DNA from: Octopus sinensis
Lineage: Eukaryota
DNA length: 64,000 nt
Reading direction: 5' to 3'
Assembly (NCBI RefSeq): GCF_006345805.1
Contig: NC_043006.1
Location: 59,210,001-59,274,000, forward strand
Positions 13,990-26,001 of the stretch are shown here, one piece after another (positions within the stretch are counted from its first letter, which is position 1; every line of letters begins with the position of its first letter). Below the pieces are notes generated by a model. It had not been told where the DNA came from and ran no database searches. It saw only the letters and a program-made list of their open reading frames with translations. Position numbers and translations under genes: made by a program.

Positions 13990-15222
13990 ATTCTTACACA
14001 AGTTTAATTTTCGCATATGTTCTACAAATCAATGAAGTAGCTTGTATGTGGCTACTCGTCTCATTAGAAATAGGGGTCAAATCATCTTTAGCTGATATTC
14101 GACCATACTATAAAGTAAGGAAATGATGGCATTGTAGTCCTTAATATTCAAAGAAAAGAGATTGTCAATACTTAAAAACAATTTTGACCTCATGTCTTCT
14201 CGATGAAGGCTGACTTTGGTTTAAATAATAACAACATCTTACGAACATTATGATAAAATAAATAAAGGTAATGGGTCCAGCATGACCTTGATGTCTAAAA
14301 CAAACTAAAGAACTGAAGAACATAAATTTAAATTAGTTTGATACATTTTAAATGAAAGAATAAAGAAATTAAGTTTGGTCGCATTAGAGTAAATCTGCGT
14401 TAAATAAAGAAACCATTTTGTGAGGAGGCGTGGATTATAGTTAGGGTGTCTGGTTCAGGTCAACAAGGTCGTGGCTCGATTCATAGAGCGAGCAGCGCGT
14501 TTATTCCTTCTGTAAATCACCAGCTTATGTTGGATAGTCTACCGGTCCGGGTACTTGGAAGCTGTTATATCCTACATATGCCAATGAGCCATGAATGATA
14601 GGATCAAGAGAATTCTAAGCCTGCGCCCGACTACATCAACACCTTAAATAATTAACGAAAGCACAATACATGCTCCTATGCTACATTCTTTTACAAGCGA
14701 CGGCTAAAAAAGTTGCTCATATTAAATCAGAAGATCTCATATTAGAATTTTACATTTTACTCATTCGCTATCATCACAAATTCCAAGTACAAACTGTAAA
14801 TGTCACAGAACAGGCTTTACCAAGGCAGCGCTCCAGCATCATTTTGGCTTTAATAGGTGAATAGAAAGAAACCAGAAACAAATAAAGAATTATTATATCT
14901 TTAGGAAGGAAATTTTGCATTTTAACATTCGCTTTGCAGTAAATTTTGACTGTTACTTTAAAGAAGTCAAGCGACTAAACACATCTTTTAGGGTCTGGTT
15001 AATATATATTATCGCTGAAATTTAACCAAATTCTCTTAATTACGAATTCGTTAAACCCTTCTTTCTCTACATAATATACATATTCTCTATAATCTGTTCC
15101 TCCTCAACTCCTATCAGGAGTATCTGTATTATCAACATATGATGACGATGTGAAACAGGAACGCAACTACTAAATGGCAATTGAAACCAGTTCCATATGC
15201 GAAGCGGGGATATTTTCAAAAA

Positions 15223-15333
15223 TATTGTGTGGACGCCCCCAGACGATGAACTAGGCTAGCACAATACGTAGATATAGAATAGAGAAGAACCGAGTCGAGT
15301 TGAATAGAGGTCATCCGAACGTGCGACATAACA
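15223..15333 (+). repeat. 5' LTR (111 bp)
   Basis: Direct repeat of 17152-17262 with about 15 differences by eye. Confidence 0.92.
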
Positions 15334-15344
15334 GTGGCGACGAG

Positions 15345-16390
15345 GTTTCGAATAGTACCGAAATCGAAGAGTTACTGAAAGCAGTTGTAAAACAACAAGA
15401 ACAGCAGCAGCAACTACAGAAGTTAACAGAATTGTTACTGCAGTCGAGAAATACGACAGAATCACTTTCAGCAGATGGTGTTGCAAATTCCATAGAAGAA
15501 TTTCACTACAATCCGGATGAAGGAACTACTTTTGCTGCTTATTACAGACGATACGAAGACATATTCGGAGAGGAATGTAAGGGGTGGTCTAGTGAAAGGA
15601 AGGTAAGTCTTCTTTTGGGAAAGCTTGCTAATCCGGAACACAAAAGATTTCGTAACTTTATTTTGCCGAGAAAGCCCGCGGAATTGTGTTTTGATGAAAC
15701 GATAAATATTTTGACTATTTTTAGCGAGAAAAGTTTGCAATTTAACATTCGATTGGAATGTTTAAATTTAAAGAAAAACGAATCCTATGATTTTGTAACA
15801 TATACCGGTTGGTTAATAAGGCTTGCGAAAGGTTTAAGCTGGAAGAATTAACGCCAGATATGTTCAAGTGTCTAATATTCGTTAAAGGGCTAGTGGCAAC
15901 GGAAGACGCGGAAATTAGAAAAAGAATATTATCAAAGTTGAATGAAGATGTGAAACTCACTTTGCAGAATGTGGCTGAGGAATGCCAACAAATAATAAAA
16001 CTTCGAGATGATACAAGAAAGATAGAAGACAAGAATAATAATGTACAAATGTGTAAAGAAAGTACAGAAAGAAGGAAAAATTTAAATTCAAAACGGTGCT
16101 ATGGTTGCGGAGATCGACATTTGAGGAAAGAATAAAACCTGTTTCAAGTGTGTTAAAATTGGACATATACAGACGAAATGCCGGTCAAAGAAAATGGTAA
16201 AACAGAAGAAAGTCTACCCAACAAAAGTAAATTATACCAGAAAAAAACGAAAATTTGTGTTGGTAGAAATAAATAGGTTTCAGACCCAAATGCAATTAGA
16301 TACCGGTTCAGACGTATCGATAATAAATACGGCAACATGGATTAAGATAGGCAGGCCGTTGTATAAAAAACTACTAGGATAGCCTACGGT
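15345..16390 (+). pseudogene. Gypsy gag-protease pseudogene
   Basis: FHYNPDEGTTFAAYYRRYEDIF...ELTPDMFKCLIFVKGL...CYGCGD..H...LDTGSDVSII, spread over three frames. Confidence 0.88.
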
Positions 16391-17151
16391 GTGTCAGGGG
16401 AACGAGTTCAATTCTTGGGCGAAATTTCACCAGAAATAAAACTTAAAAAACAGGACGCAGAAATGTAAACTAGTGATATCTAAGAATACAATGAATCTGT
16501 TCGGAAGAGATTTAATAGAAGGATTCGACCTGTGGGATCTATCACTGAATACATTATGTAACAAGGTGAATGCGTCACAGTCCGTGTCAGTAAAAGCATC
16601 GGAAAAAATGAAATTAAAATTGAAAAAGATGTACCCTGATATTTTTTCGAAAGAGCTCGGTATGTGTAAAAAATTAAAGTAAAGTTTGAGTTGAAAGAAA
16701 ATGCAGTGCCGGTGTTCAAAACGAAAAAGAATGTACCTTTTGCGGCGCTAAATCAAGTTGAGAAGGAATTAAAAAGATTGGAAGACATGGAAGTAATTGA
16801 AAAAGTAGACTACTCTGAGTGGACGTTTGGGTAACGTGATATACATGGCAAAAGGACCAAAATATGAACACAAGGCATTTAAACCAATTAAAAAAAGATA
16901 TACCAAAACCCAAGAGAGGCGAGAAGAACCAATGGATTTATGGTATGACTTGTTCCAGGTCCCAGAACCACAAGCAAAAGTGTTCGAGGTCCCAGAACCA
17001 CAAGCAAAAGCAAAACCGACACGTAGGTCGAACAGGAAGAGAAAGCCTACAGAAATGATGGAAATTAACGCTAAGAGAAAAAGATATGCCAGTTTCTCAC
17101 CGAGGAAATAAAACTGATAAATTCGGGTTTAAAAAAACTCAAAAGAGGAGG

Positions 17152-17262
17152 TGTTGTGTGGAAGCCCCCAGACGATGAAGTAGGATGGTCCAGTACGTAG
17201 ATATAGAGTAGAGAAGAGTTGAGGCGAGTTGAGTAGAGGTCATCCGAACGTGCGACATAACA
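17152..17262 (+). repeat. 3' LTR (111 bp)
   Basis: Preceded by a polypurine tract and followed by aaaaa. Confidence 0.92.
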
Positions 17263-17840
17263 AAAAATCAAGAATTTCATTCCATGTTGACATGCCATTA
17301 AGGAAAAGGACAGATTTATTGTCTGAAAATAAGAGGACAGCCATGGCTACGTGTTTCTGCCTCAATAGGTTTCATCAGTGACAATTGTCCGACCACACTT
17401 CCAAAATCCAAAAGCCATAGACATAAACAAAAAAGAGTAGAACACATTTATGTCCTATGTTATTTGCATGAATTAAACAAAAAATGAACTAAGGAGATTA
17501 ACATGTATATATATACATATATATACATATGATGTATATACGTATACATAGAGTAGAAATATGTTATAAAAAGAAAATATAAAATACACGTGGAAATGTA
17601 AGGGTAAAATAAGACAAATCAACGAAAATGCAGATTGTAAATAAAAAAAGGCTTTTTATGACCGGTAACTACATATATATACATTTAGATGGACTGATGT
17701 AGTAATAAAAGTCATAAAAGTCATTATTATGAGATGATTATAAAGTCAAAAAACAAAGCATACCATGGTTTACGCAAAGCTATTCATTGCTTCGTATACA
17801 CCGGCTAATGGTATATATATATATATATATATATATACCA

Positions 17841-18510
17841 TTTTCGAACGGATTTTCTACGCCAGTGACTGTGGTTACTGTGAAAATCTATATATCCAGC
17901 CTGTAGAGGAAGTCCCTCAACGAAGAGCGGTGCTTACCATACGTTGACAAGAGGCAATAACCTCGAAACCGGTCCGTGTGTAGTATCCGTATCTTCGGGG
18001 AGGCTGATCTCCCTTTGCAGGCTGGCAAGGACACCGAGATGGTGTCAGCTCTTCTGGTGACGTTGATGTTCGCCTGGGGCTAAATGCATCAGTAACACCC
18101 CCACCACCCCGCCCTGACCCTAGCCACATTCAGATGGCTGATCCCCCTTATGTTATAGAGCAGTTACTGTTTATATCTCGCTCAGAGATTTATTATTGTT
18201 TTCGAACAGATTTTCTACGCCAGTGACTGTGGTTACTGTGAGAATCTATATATCCAGCCTGTAGAGGAAGTCCCTCAACGAAGAGCGGTGCTTACCATAC
18301 GTTGACAAGAGGCAATAACCTCGAAACCGGTCCGTGTGTAGTATCCGTATCTTCGGGGAGGCTGATCTCCCTTTGCAGGCTGGCAAGGACACCGAGGTGG
18401 TGTCAGCTCTTCTGGTGACGTTGATGTTCGCCTGGGGCTAAATGCATCAGTAACACCCCCACCACCCCGCCCTGACCCTAGCCACATTCAGATGGCTGAT
18501 CCCCCTTATG

Positions 18511-18512
<2 letters not shown>
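17841..18512. repeat. 358-bp tandem duplication of a GC-richer unit
   Basis: ORFs 17917-18129 and 18275-18487 are near-identical and offset by 358 bp. Bounded by (AT)n tracts. Confidence 0.95.
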
Positions 18513-18568
<56 letters not shown>

Positions 18569-18586
18569 GTATACACACACACACAC

Positions 18587-18624
<38 letters not shown>

Positions 18625-18721
18625 AATTTATATATGAGGATAATATCGATATTTAAGTGTCGAAATTATCAAGTGGCCAGCATGAAGGAAATACCTTACA
18701 AAGGTAAAAAAAAATTTTAAC

Positions 18722-19244
18722 AATTAAAAATGAGGGTGTCTAAAAGACACCAACATGCCGAAATAGCAGTCGAAACACTGACTATAGTACCACGTTAAAT
18801 GTTCATATCGCACCATGAGGTAAAGCGGAGGGACAAAACATACAAGCAAAAATTATTGAATAATTCAAGATCCAAGGATTTCTGGTTCTGCTTTTTTAAC
18901 CATATCGTACTTATGCGGTGATTTGGCGGGCGATTCAAACTGGCTGTGTCCATACGTGCATATGTATGTATGTACGACGCTCGTATATGTAAGTATATCG
19001 TTTGCTGTGCATATATATATCTGTATTGATGTACCCTTGATATATTCAATTGATGACGGTAAAGCTTATCTAAAGCAGAACCAGAAATCCTTGGATCTTG
19101 AATTATTCAATAATTTTTGCTTGTATGTTTTGTCCCTCCGCTTTACCTCATGGTGCGATATGAACATTTAACGTGGTACTATAGTCAGTGTTTCGACTGC
19201 TATTTCGGCATGTTGGTGTCTTTTAGACACCCTCATTTTTAATT
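18722..19244. repeat. 173-bp apparently perfect inverted repeat with 177-bp spacer
   Basis: 18722-18894 is the reverse complement of 19072-19244. The ORF track gives the identical peptide KQNQKSLDLELFNNFCLYVLSLRFTSWCDMNI on both strands. Confidence 0.95.
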
Positions 19245-19252
19245 ATATATAT

Positions 19253-19314
<62 letters not shown>

Positions 19315-19586
19315 CTTGGGAGTGGATGCGTGGCATTCGATCATATAATGATATAAATAATATAGATATATATACATATATACACACATACATGTACATG
19401 CCTACATATATATGTATATATGCATGCATATACGGGTACAGGTCTCACTCGTACGAGGGTAACCAAAGGTACCGAAACCGTCCCCACTGCCACCGTGAAG
19501 CCGGGGCTCGAGATGTCGATGGGTCATCCCGAGTCTATTTTTCTCTCCCACCCTTTCTCTAATTCTTCTCCTTTCCCCTTCACTGT

Positions 19587-19617
<31 letters not shown>

Positions 19618-20221
19618 TCCTTCTTGACTCTCTCGTTGCTCACACATGACCAACGGCTATCTATCTTTCTTTCTTCCACGTCCTTCCTAAAGACAGTACG
19701 TGTTTTTACCTGTCTCTTCTCAAATCTCATTTTTCCAGCGTTCACCACTTCACCTCGTTATGGCTTAACAGCCATCACTGTTCGTTTTTACTGTTTTGTT
19801 CTTATTGTCCTGTTTTTATTACCACTTTAATCCTCCACAAAAAATCCTCCTTTGCGGGAAGGGCTGTTTAAACGAGGTCGCGACTCGTCCCTACCTTCGA
19901 AACACGGAGTAGACAAAACTGATGAAGGGAATGTTCTTTATGTCGCCTGTCTCTTTTCTCTATTTGTTTCTTTCGTTCTTTAAAAAAATTCGTTTTCCAT
20001 GCTTTTTTAATGCTCTTGTTTCTAATTTTGTTCATGTTCTTTGACGTCCTGTACCCATATATGCATGTATATATATGTATACATGTCAGCATGTACATGT
20101 ATGTATGTGTATATATGTATATATATTATTCATATTATTATTGTATATAAGTATGTATGTATTTATATATATATAAATGTATGTATGTATGTATCAGTAT
20201 CCATGTTTCACTTGCATTTAC

Positions 20222-20785
20222 TGACACTAATTCGACGGTTGCAATGTTCAGCCTGGTTATGATTTGTCTGCAGCTTCTGACCTTATTTAGTTTGTGACCA
20301 GCTATCTATGCTTGTGCCTTCTTGATCTTGATGTTTTCTTCCGAACTGCTCACGCAACCACCTAAGTACTTGAAGTCTTCAACAACATGCAATTTAGAAA
20401 TTATTAAACGGGCTAAATGGATGCGACAGACGGAGGATACTGCGAATTACCCTATATGTGGAATGAAAACATATGAAAAATGAATGCTTTTAAAGCTGCC
20501 GAAAGTTAGCGGGAAGATCAGAAGGCAAAGACGGCTGCCTCTATCTCGTCACTGTGTGCGCCACCCTAAATTGGAAGCATCCACATTAGTCTTGTGAAAC
20601 CTACTTCATCGTGTTGGAAGAAGAGGAAAATATTGTCACACTTACATCGACAATTTGATTGCAGAGCCTGTCCTGGAACATATCCAGGACCTCGAGGTAG
20701 TGGTGATGGACCCAGAAGTATGGTGAGTAAACTTTGTTGCTGTAGCTTGGATTGGAACACAGCTATAATAAATAAATAATGTATG
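20222..20785 (+). mobile_element. RTE-clade LINE 3' fragment with inverted 5' segment
   Basis: Minus strand 20222-20397: VVEDFKYLGGCVSSSEENIKIKKAQA...IATVE. Plus strand 20405-20760: LPKVSGKIRRQ...RHCVRHPKLEAS...TYIDNL...MDPEVW. Then an (ataa)/(tatg) tail. Confidence 0.8.
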
Positions 20786-20949
20786 CATGTATGTGTGTAT
20801 GTATGTGCGTATGTATGTATGTGTGTGTATGTATGTATGTGTGTGTATGTATGTATGTTTGTATATATGTGCTAGCGTGCGTGTGGTTGTTTGTGCATGT
20901 GTGTGTGTATGAGTATGTGTGTATGTGGGGGATGTTTCGAAAATAATTC

Positions 20950-21012
20950 TCTCTGATTCCTACCTGTTCGGTCCGATGAAAGACAGACTTCAGAGACATC
21001 GATTTGATGCAA
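20950..21012 (+). mobile_element. Mariner transposase C-terminal scrap
   Basis: SDSYLFGPMKDRLQRHRFD resembles PSD(F/Y)HLFGP(M/L)K..L.G.RF. Confidence 0.55.
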
Positions 21013-22693
21013 GTGAGTGTGCATATATCAATACAATATGTGTCTACATATACTGTTCCATCTATATCATTCAAGAAAGAAGGAGATTCTGCCTATTTGC
21101 TAATCCTCCTAGAAATAGCAACCATATCCACTCGAATCAATCTATACCATCCTAAATTTTAAGAAAACGTTGTAATTGGATTACTCTGCACCGTTTTTAG
21201 TCACAGATGTCATGCCTGACCAAAGATTTGTTCAATCACCAGGCTGGAATGCCTGTGATCACAGACTTCCTCTATGACTACAAGGATTGATTACTTTTTA
21301 TTAAATTTACATCTGATTATATTATTTAGACTTGACCTAAAGTAATTTTGGTATTGAAAACCCGATTGAATGTTTATGGACTGACAAGCAAATTATATAT
21401 TCTTACACAGGTTTAATTTTCGTATATGTTCTACGATTCAACAATTTCTGCTTTCCATATACTTTTTCGCTTATACTCTCCTCTACTCCATCCACCTCCC
21501 TTCTACACTTATTATTCACTTCTTTCTCCTGACATTACTTCACCTCGATCTTTTTCTACTCCCCACTCCTAGCCTATATTTACGTATGCACTAAATCCCC
21601 ATGAAGTTTAATATATTTCTTTCCTATCGTATATCCACCGAGACACATCGATACACTCCGAACATGGCAGTCCAATTGTTACCGAATAAACCCGGATTTT
21701 GATTGCTAGTTGCTCTTACAGACTTATATTATTACATCTTCACAAAGTGTTGTTTTCTTGTTATCAATGCTTTTATTATTATCGTTGCTGTTATTAGTCT
21801 TGTTATTATAGTTGCTTGTGTTGTTGTTGCTTTTGTTACAGTTCATACCAATTCATATCGATTCCCTTCTCAAGTCTTTCATGTTTGTTTTTCTTTTCTT
21901 GCAAAAAACTTTCCGGTTGTTGTCACTAATGAGGAAAGCCATTCTCCTTACTCTCTGTACATATCGTGTCTACAGCTCATGTCTTACTAACTGTCTGGCA
22001 ACAAGAAAGCATTAAAATCTTCGCCAGAAGTTCCCACACAACATCAACAAAAACAAAAAGAAAGAAAGTAAAAAGAAAAAAAGGCTTTTATGTTCAGAGA
22101 TCATGTAAAGATTTACGTTTTGGAATTCTTTCAAATCTGCCACAAAATCGGATCAAAAGCGGAAGTCATAAATGTAGCTGTCATATCAGTTTTGCAATAC
22201 AAAATAAGCTGATATTTTGATTATAGAATTACTAGTAGTAGTAGTAGTAGTAGTAGTAGTAATAGTAGTAGTAGTAGTAGTAGTAGCATTCATGGTAGTA
22301 ATTGTAGTAGTAGTAGTAGTAGTAGTAGTAGCATTCATGGTAGTAGTTGTTGTAGTAGTAGTAGTAACAGAAGTGGTATTAGTACTATTAGTAGTGGTAG
22401 TAATAGCAACAGCAATAATGATGACAATAATAATATGATAATGATGATGATGATGAGGATATCAATCACACCACCACAACTGCCACAAACCTCGAACAAC
22501 GTAATCAATAATGAAACAATGATGATAGGTGTGGAGATACTACTACTACTACTACCACCACCACCACCACTACTACTACTTACTACTACTACTACTACTA
22601 GTAGTAGTAGTAGTATAATGATAATACTAGTAGTAGTATAAGGATAATATATTACTGCTGACAAAATAATAATACTAATCCTTTATACTATAT

Positions 22694-22888
22694 GTACAAG
22701 GCCTGAAAAAACTCGAGGGAAGGGGCTAGTTGGTTAGATCTCCCTCAGTGCTTGACGGGTACTTATTTAATTGACTCCGAAAGGATGAAAGGTAAAGTTG
22801 ACCACGGTGAACTTTGGACTCAGAACGTAAGGCCGAATTAAATGCCGGTAAAGTATTTTGTTCGGAGCGGTAACTATTCTGCCAGCCC
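22694..22888 (-). mobile_element. SINE family B
   Basis: Reverse complement of gggctggcagaatagttacc...ttctgagtccaaagttcaccgtggtcaactttacctttcatcctttcgg. Confidence 0.8.
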
Positions 22889-22895
22889 CAATAAC

Positions 22896-22944
<49 letters not shown>

Positions 22945-23163
22945 TAATAACAAAAACACCAGGACTTACAAACACATATAACATACAGAAAATTGCACTA
23001 CTAGGCACTGCACACATCCTACGCAGAACACTTTCCATACAATAACCATCAGAGCATCACAACAAATCACAGCACATACCCAAGGCACACAGAGCAACGC
23101 TCGGTAGTGAAGTGAAAGCACGCTATAAAAATAAAACTACTGAATAATAATAATAATAATAAT
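22945..23163 (+). mobile_element. Dong/R4-type extreme 3' end between (AAT)n tracts
   Basis: PGLTNTYNIQKIALLGTAHILRRTLSIQ*, a ~100-bp UTR, then (AAT)n. Confidence 0.85.
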
Positions 23164-23234
23164 AAAGAGAAGAAGGAGGAGGAGGCGGCGGAAGAGGAGG
23201 AGGTGGTGTTGGTGGTGGTGGAAGAAGAAGAAGA

Positions 23235-23800
23235 AAGTGCTACATTGGAGACTGTACGAAGCGTGGGGCTTAGAGAGAAGCAAGACATGGTATGAGCATA
23301 AACGGCGGAGAGTGACGGAGTGAGAGACTAGCAAAATACTCTGGGATTTCCCAAACCAAAGAAATCAGGTGCTAGAGCATAACAGACCGGTCCTAATGGT
23401 GGTGCACCACATATGCTATATAGTTGATGTTACATACTCCTTTGACCCACGAATAGTCAGGAAAGAAGGCAAAAAGATAGATAAATAAAATCCTCTCAAG
23501 TACGAAGTAACCAAGCTATGGAAAATGAAGAAGGGGAAGATTGTGCCGAAATTTGTTGAGGTCTTGACAACAGTATCAGTAGGTATCAAGGGGAATATCG
23601 AGGAAATTGGATTTGAGGGCCCAGTAGGACTGTTACAAAAGGTTTGTCTCCTTGGTACGGCCAGAATAACCAGGAATGTATTAGATAGCTAAAAAGAACG
23701 GATACCATGGTACTGTAGGCTTCAGGTAGCAAGCCCGCTACGCATGCAAGACGGCAGGAGCTCCAGAAAAGATTAGGTGATTAGGAGAAATAATAATAAT
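23235..23800 (+). mobile_element. Dong/R4-type REL endonuclease region, degenerate
   Basis: KVLHWRLYEAWGLERSKTWYEHK...KILWDF...KLWKMK...LQKVCLLGTARITRNVLDS*, a UTR and a (taa)n tail. A related scrap lies at 24185-24305. Confidence 0.8.
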
Positions 23801-24329
23801 ACATTTTGTTAGAAGATTTCAACAATGTATATATTTTTGTATTTAATATACAGTATGATGCGTTTATTTGAATATATTCTATACTTCCGGCACATGACTC
23901 TCTTTTACTCCTTTACTTGTTTCAGTCATTTGACTGCGGTCATGCTGGAAAACTGACTTTAGTCGAGCAAATCGACCCCAGGACTTTCCCTTTCATCCTT
24001 TCGGAGTCGATAAATTAAGTACCAGTTGCGTACCCACCAAAAATTTCTGGCCGTGTGCCTATAGTAGAAAGTATTGTTAAAACATTTCTCTTATACTTTC
24101 AAATCTTTCATTCAATAAACAAATTCTCACTGATTCTTCCAAGTATTTCAAGGATTCTCTTTGCTGAAGCAGCTTTAAATAGAAAATTAAATATATTGCT
24201 GACTGCGCAAAAAGTGGGTGGGGGGATAGAGAGAGGAAATACGTGATATGAGCATAAACCGCAGGGAATTGCGAAGTGAGAGACTAACAAAATACTCTGG
24301 AATTATTCGAAACAGAGAATTAAATATTT

Positions 24330-24720
24330 ATTGACGGCTCTATGAGGACTGTAAATCAAAATTATAAATGTTGAAGATACTATCAACACTGAATTAAAAA
24401 GAAAATTATATATGTTGACGGCATTTTGAGAGCTGCAACATAAATAAAACGTTATGTATATCAAAAGCAATGTGAGGACAGTTACTAAAATAGAAAATCA
24501 TGTATATTGAAGACACTGTGAGAAGTGTAACCTATATAGATAGGAAAAGGAACACCAGCTGGTATAATCCACCTTTTAATTTAAAGATTGCTACCCCTAT
24601 AGTAAAATTCTGTTTCCTTTACGAGAGACACAATTTTCCCACAGCTAGAGTACTGTAACATCTTTGATAGAGAATACTACATGCATCTATCTCTGCCGCT
24701 ATCTACAATTCATAACTTAG
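24330..24720 (+). mobile_element. Penelope-like element remnant (RT to EN linker)
   Basis: RKRNTSWYNPPFNLKIATPIVKF matches the PLE motif RKRNIIWFNPPF...T.IGK.F. Confidence 0.6.
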
Positions 24721-24791
24721 GCTCAAATCCTAACTTCATATAATGTAAGCAAACTAACCCTACACACACCATCATCTAAATCACAAAGAAT

Positions 24792-25205
24792 AGGCGTAGG
24801 AGTGGCTGAGTGGTATGTAGCTTGCTTACCAACCACATGGTTCTGGGTTCAGCCCCACTGCGTGGCAACTTGGGCAAGTGTCTTCTACTATAACCTCGGG
24901 CCGGCCAAAGGCTTGGGAGTGGATTTGGTAGACGGAAACTAAAAGGAACCCGTCGTATATATGTATATATATATATGTATGTGTGTGTATATATTTGTGT
25001 GTCAGTGTTTGTCCCCTCCCCCAACATCCCTTGATGCTGGTGTGTTTACGTCCCCGTAACTTAGCAGTTCGGCAAAAGAAACAGATAGAATAAGAACTAG
25101 GTTCACAAAGAATAAGTCCTGGGGTCTATTTGATCGACTAAAAGCAGTGCTCTAGCATGGCCACACTCAAATAACTGAAACAAGTAAAAGAGTAAAAGAG
25201 CAAAA
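24792..25205 (+). mobile_element. tRNA-derived SINE family A (internal TA/TG microsatellite)
   Basis: Head aggcgtaggagtggctgagtggta...gggttcagccccactgcgtggca; tail gaaacaagtaaaagagtaaaagag. Multiple homologous copies in the window. Confidence 0.92.
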
Positions 25206-25682
25206 GAGAGAGTAAATAGATACTGCATTAAATTTAATAATTAATTAAATAATTAATTTTCTACATTCCAGTTGCCAGATTGTACACCAGTGTTCTGTAC
25301 ATGCGTATAAGTCATATCATGCATATACTTCTCTCGCCCCTGATTCCTTTAAACACCGATTCAGTTAACATACACTTATAGTTCAGAACCCATTAAGAAG
25401 AAAGTATGCTTTGCTTTTCTAGTTAGTTCTAGTATTTGAATGTTAAAAACAACTTATATCTATTCATTTGGAATATTTTGTCCAGAGCAAAATCTTTTCC
25501 CGAAAATACAAAACCTTACAAATGAGTCTGAAATTGTATTCAGCAAATTTCCAAAGAAACTTAGAACAAAGTTACTCTTCCCAACATGAGATATTTAAGA
25601 CGTTACTAAAGATAACAATAATTCAGAAAGAATTCTACATATCTACGCTTTTCTATATTATTTAAACCCTTAACATACCCGA

Positions 25683-26001
25683 TGGAGGCGCAATGGCACA
25701 GTGGTTAGGGCAACGGACTCGCGGACGGAGGATCGCGATTTCGATTCCCAGACTGGGCGTCGTGTGTGTTTATTTAGCGAAAACACCTAAAATCTCCACG
25801 AGTCTCCGGCAGAGGGTGGCGGCGACCCCTGTTGTACTTTTTCGACCCAACTTTCTCTCAATCTTTCGTCCTGTTTCTTGGGTACGCTGCGATGGATTGG
25901 CGTCCCGTCCAGCCGGTGGGGGACACATACACCACAGAAACCGGGAAATCGGGCCCATGAGCCTGGCTAGGCTTGAAAAGGGCGCATAAATAAAAAAAAA
26001 A
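25683..26001 (+). mobile_element. SINE family C
   Basis: Full-length homolog of 11173-11492 with an A tail. Confidence 0.9.

Larger units (their letters stand above)
15223..17262 (+). mobile_element. Gypsy/Ty3 LTR retrotransposon, internally deleted and non-autonomous
   Basis: LTRs at 15223-15333 and 17152-17262 (T[A/G]TT...AACA). PBS gtggcgacgag. PPT aaaagaggagg. aaaaa on both flanks (TSD). Frameshifted gag, zinc-knuckle remnants, protease LDTGSDVSII and RT start VIEKVDYSEW. Confidence 0.93.

Noticed and set aside
16960-17010. 30-bp direct repeat (QVPEPQAK twice)
   Set aside because: It is a two-copy internal duplication in the Gypsy tail, not a CRISPR-like or independent feature.
19885-19945. 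GAAAC...GTA...CTGATGAAGGG as a type II hammerhead
   Set aside because: No stem I can be formed and the stem II register is wrong.
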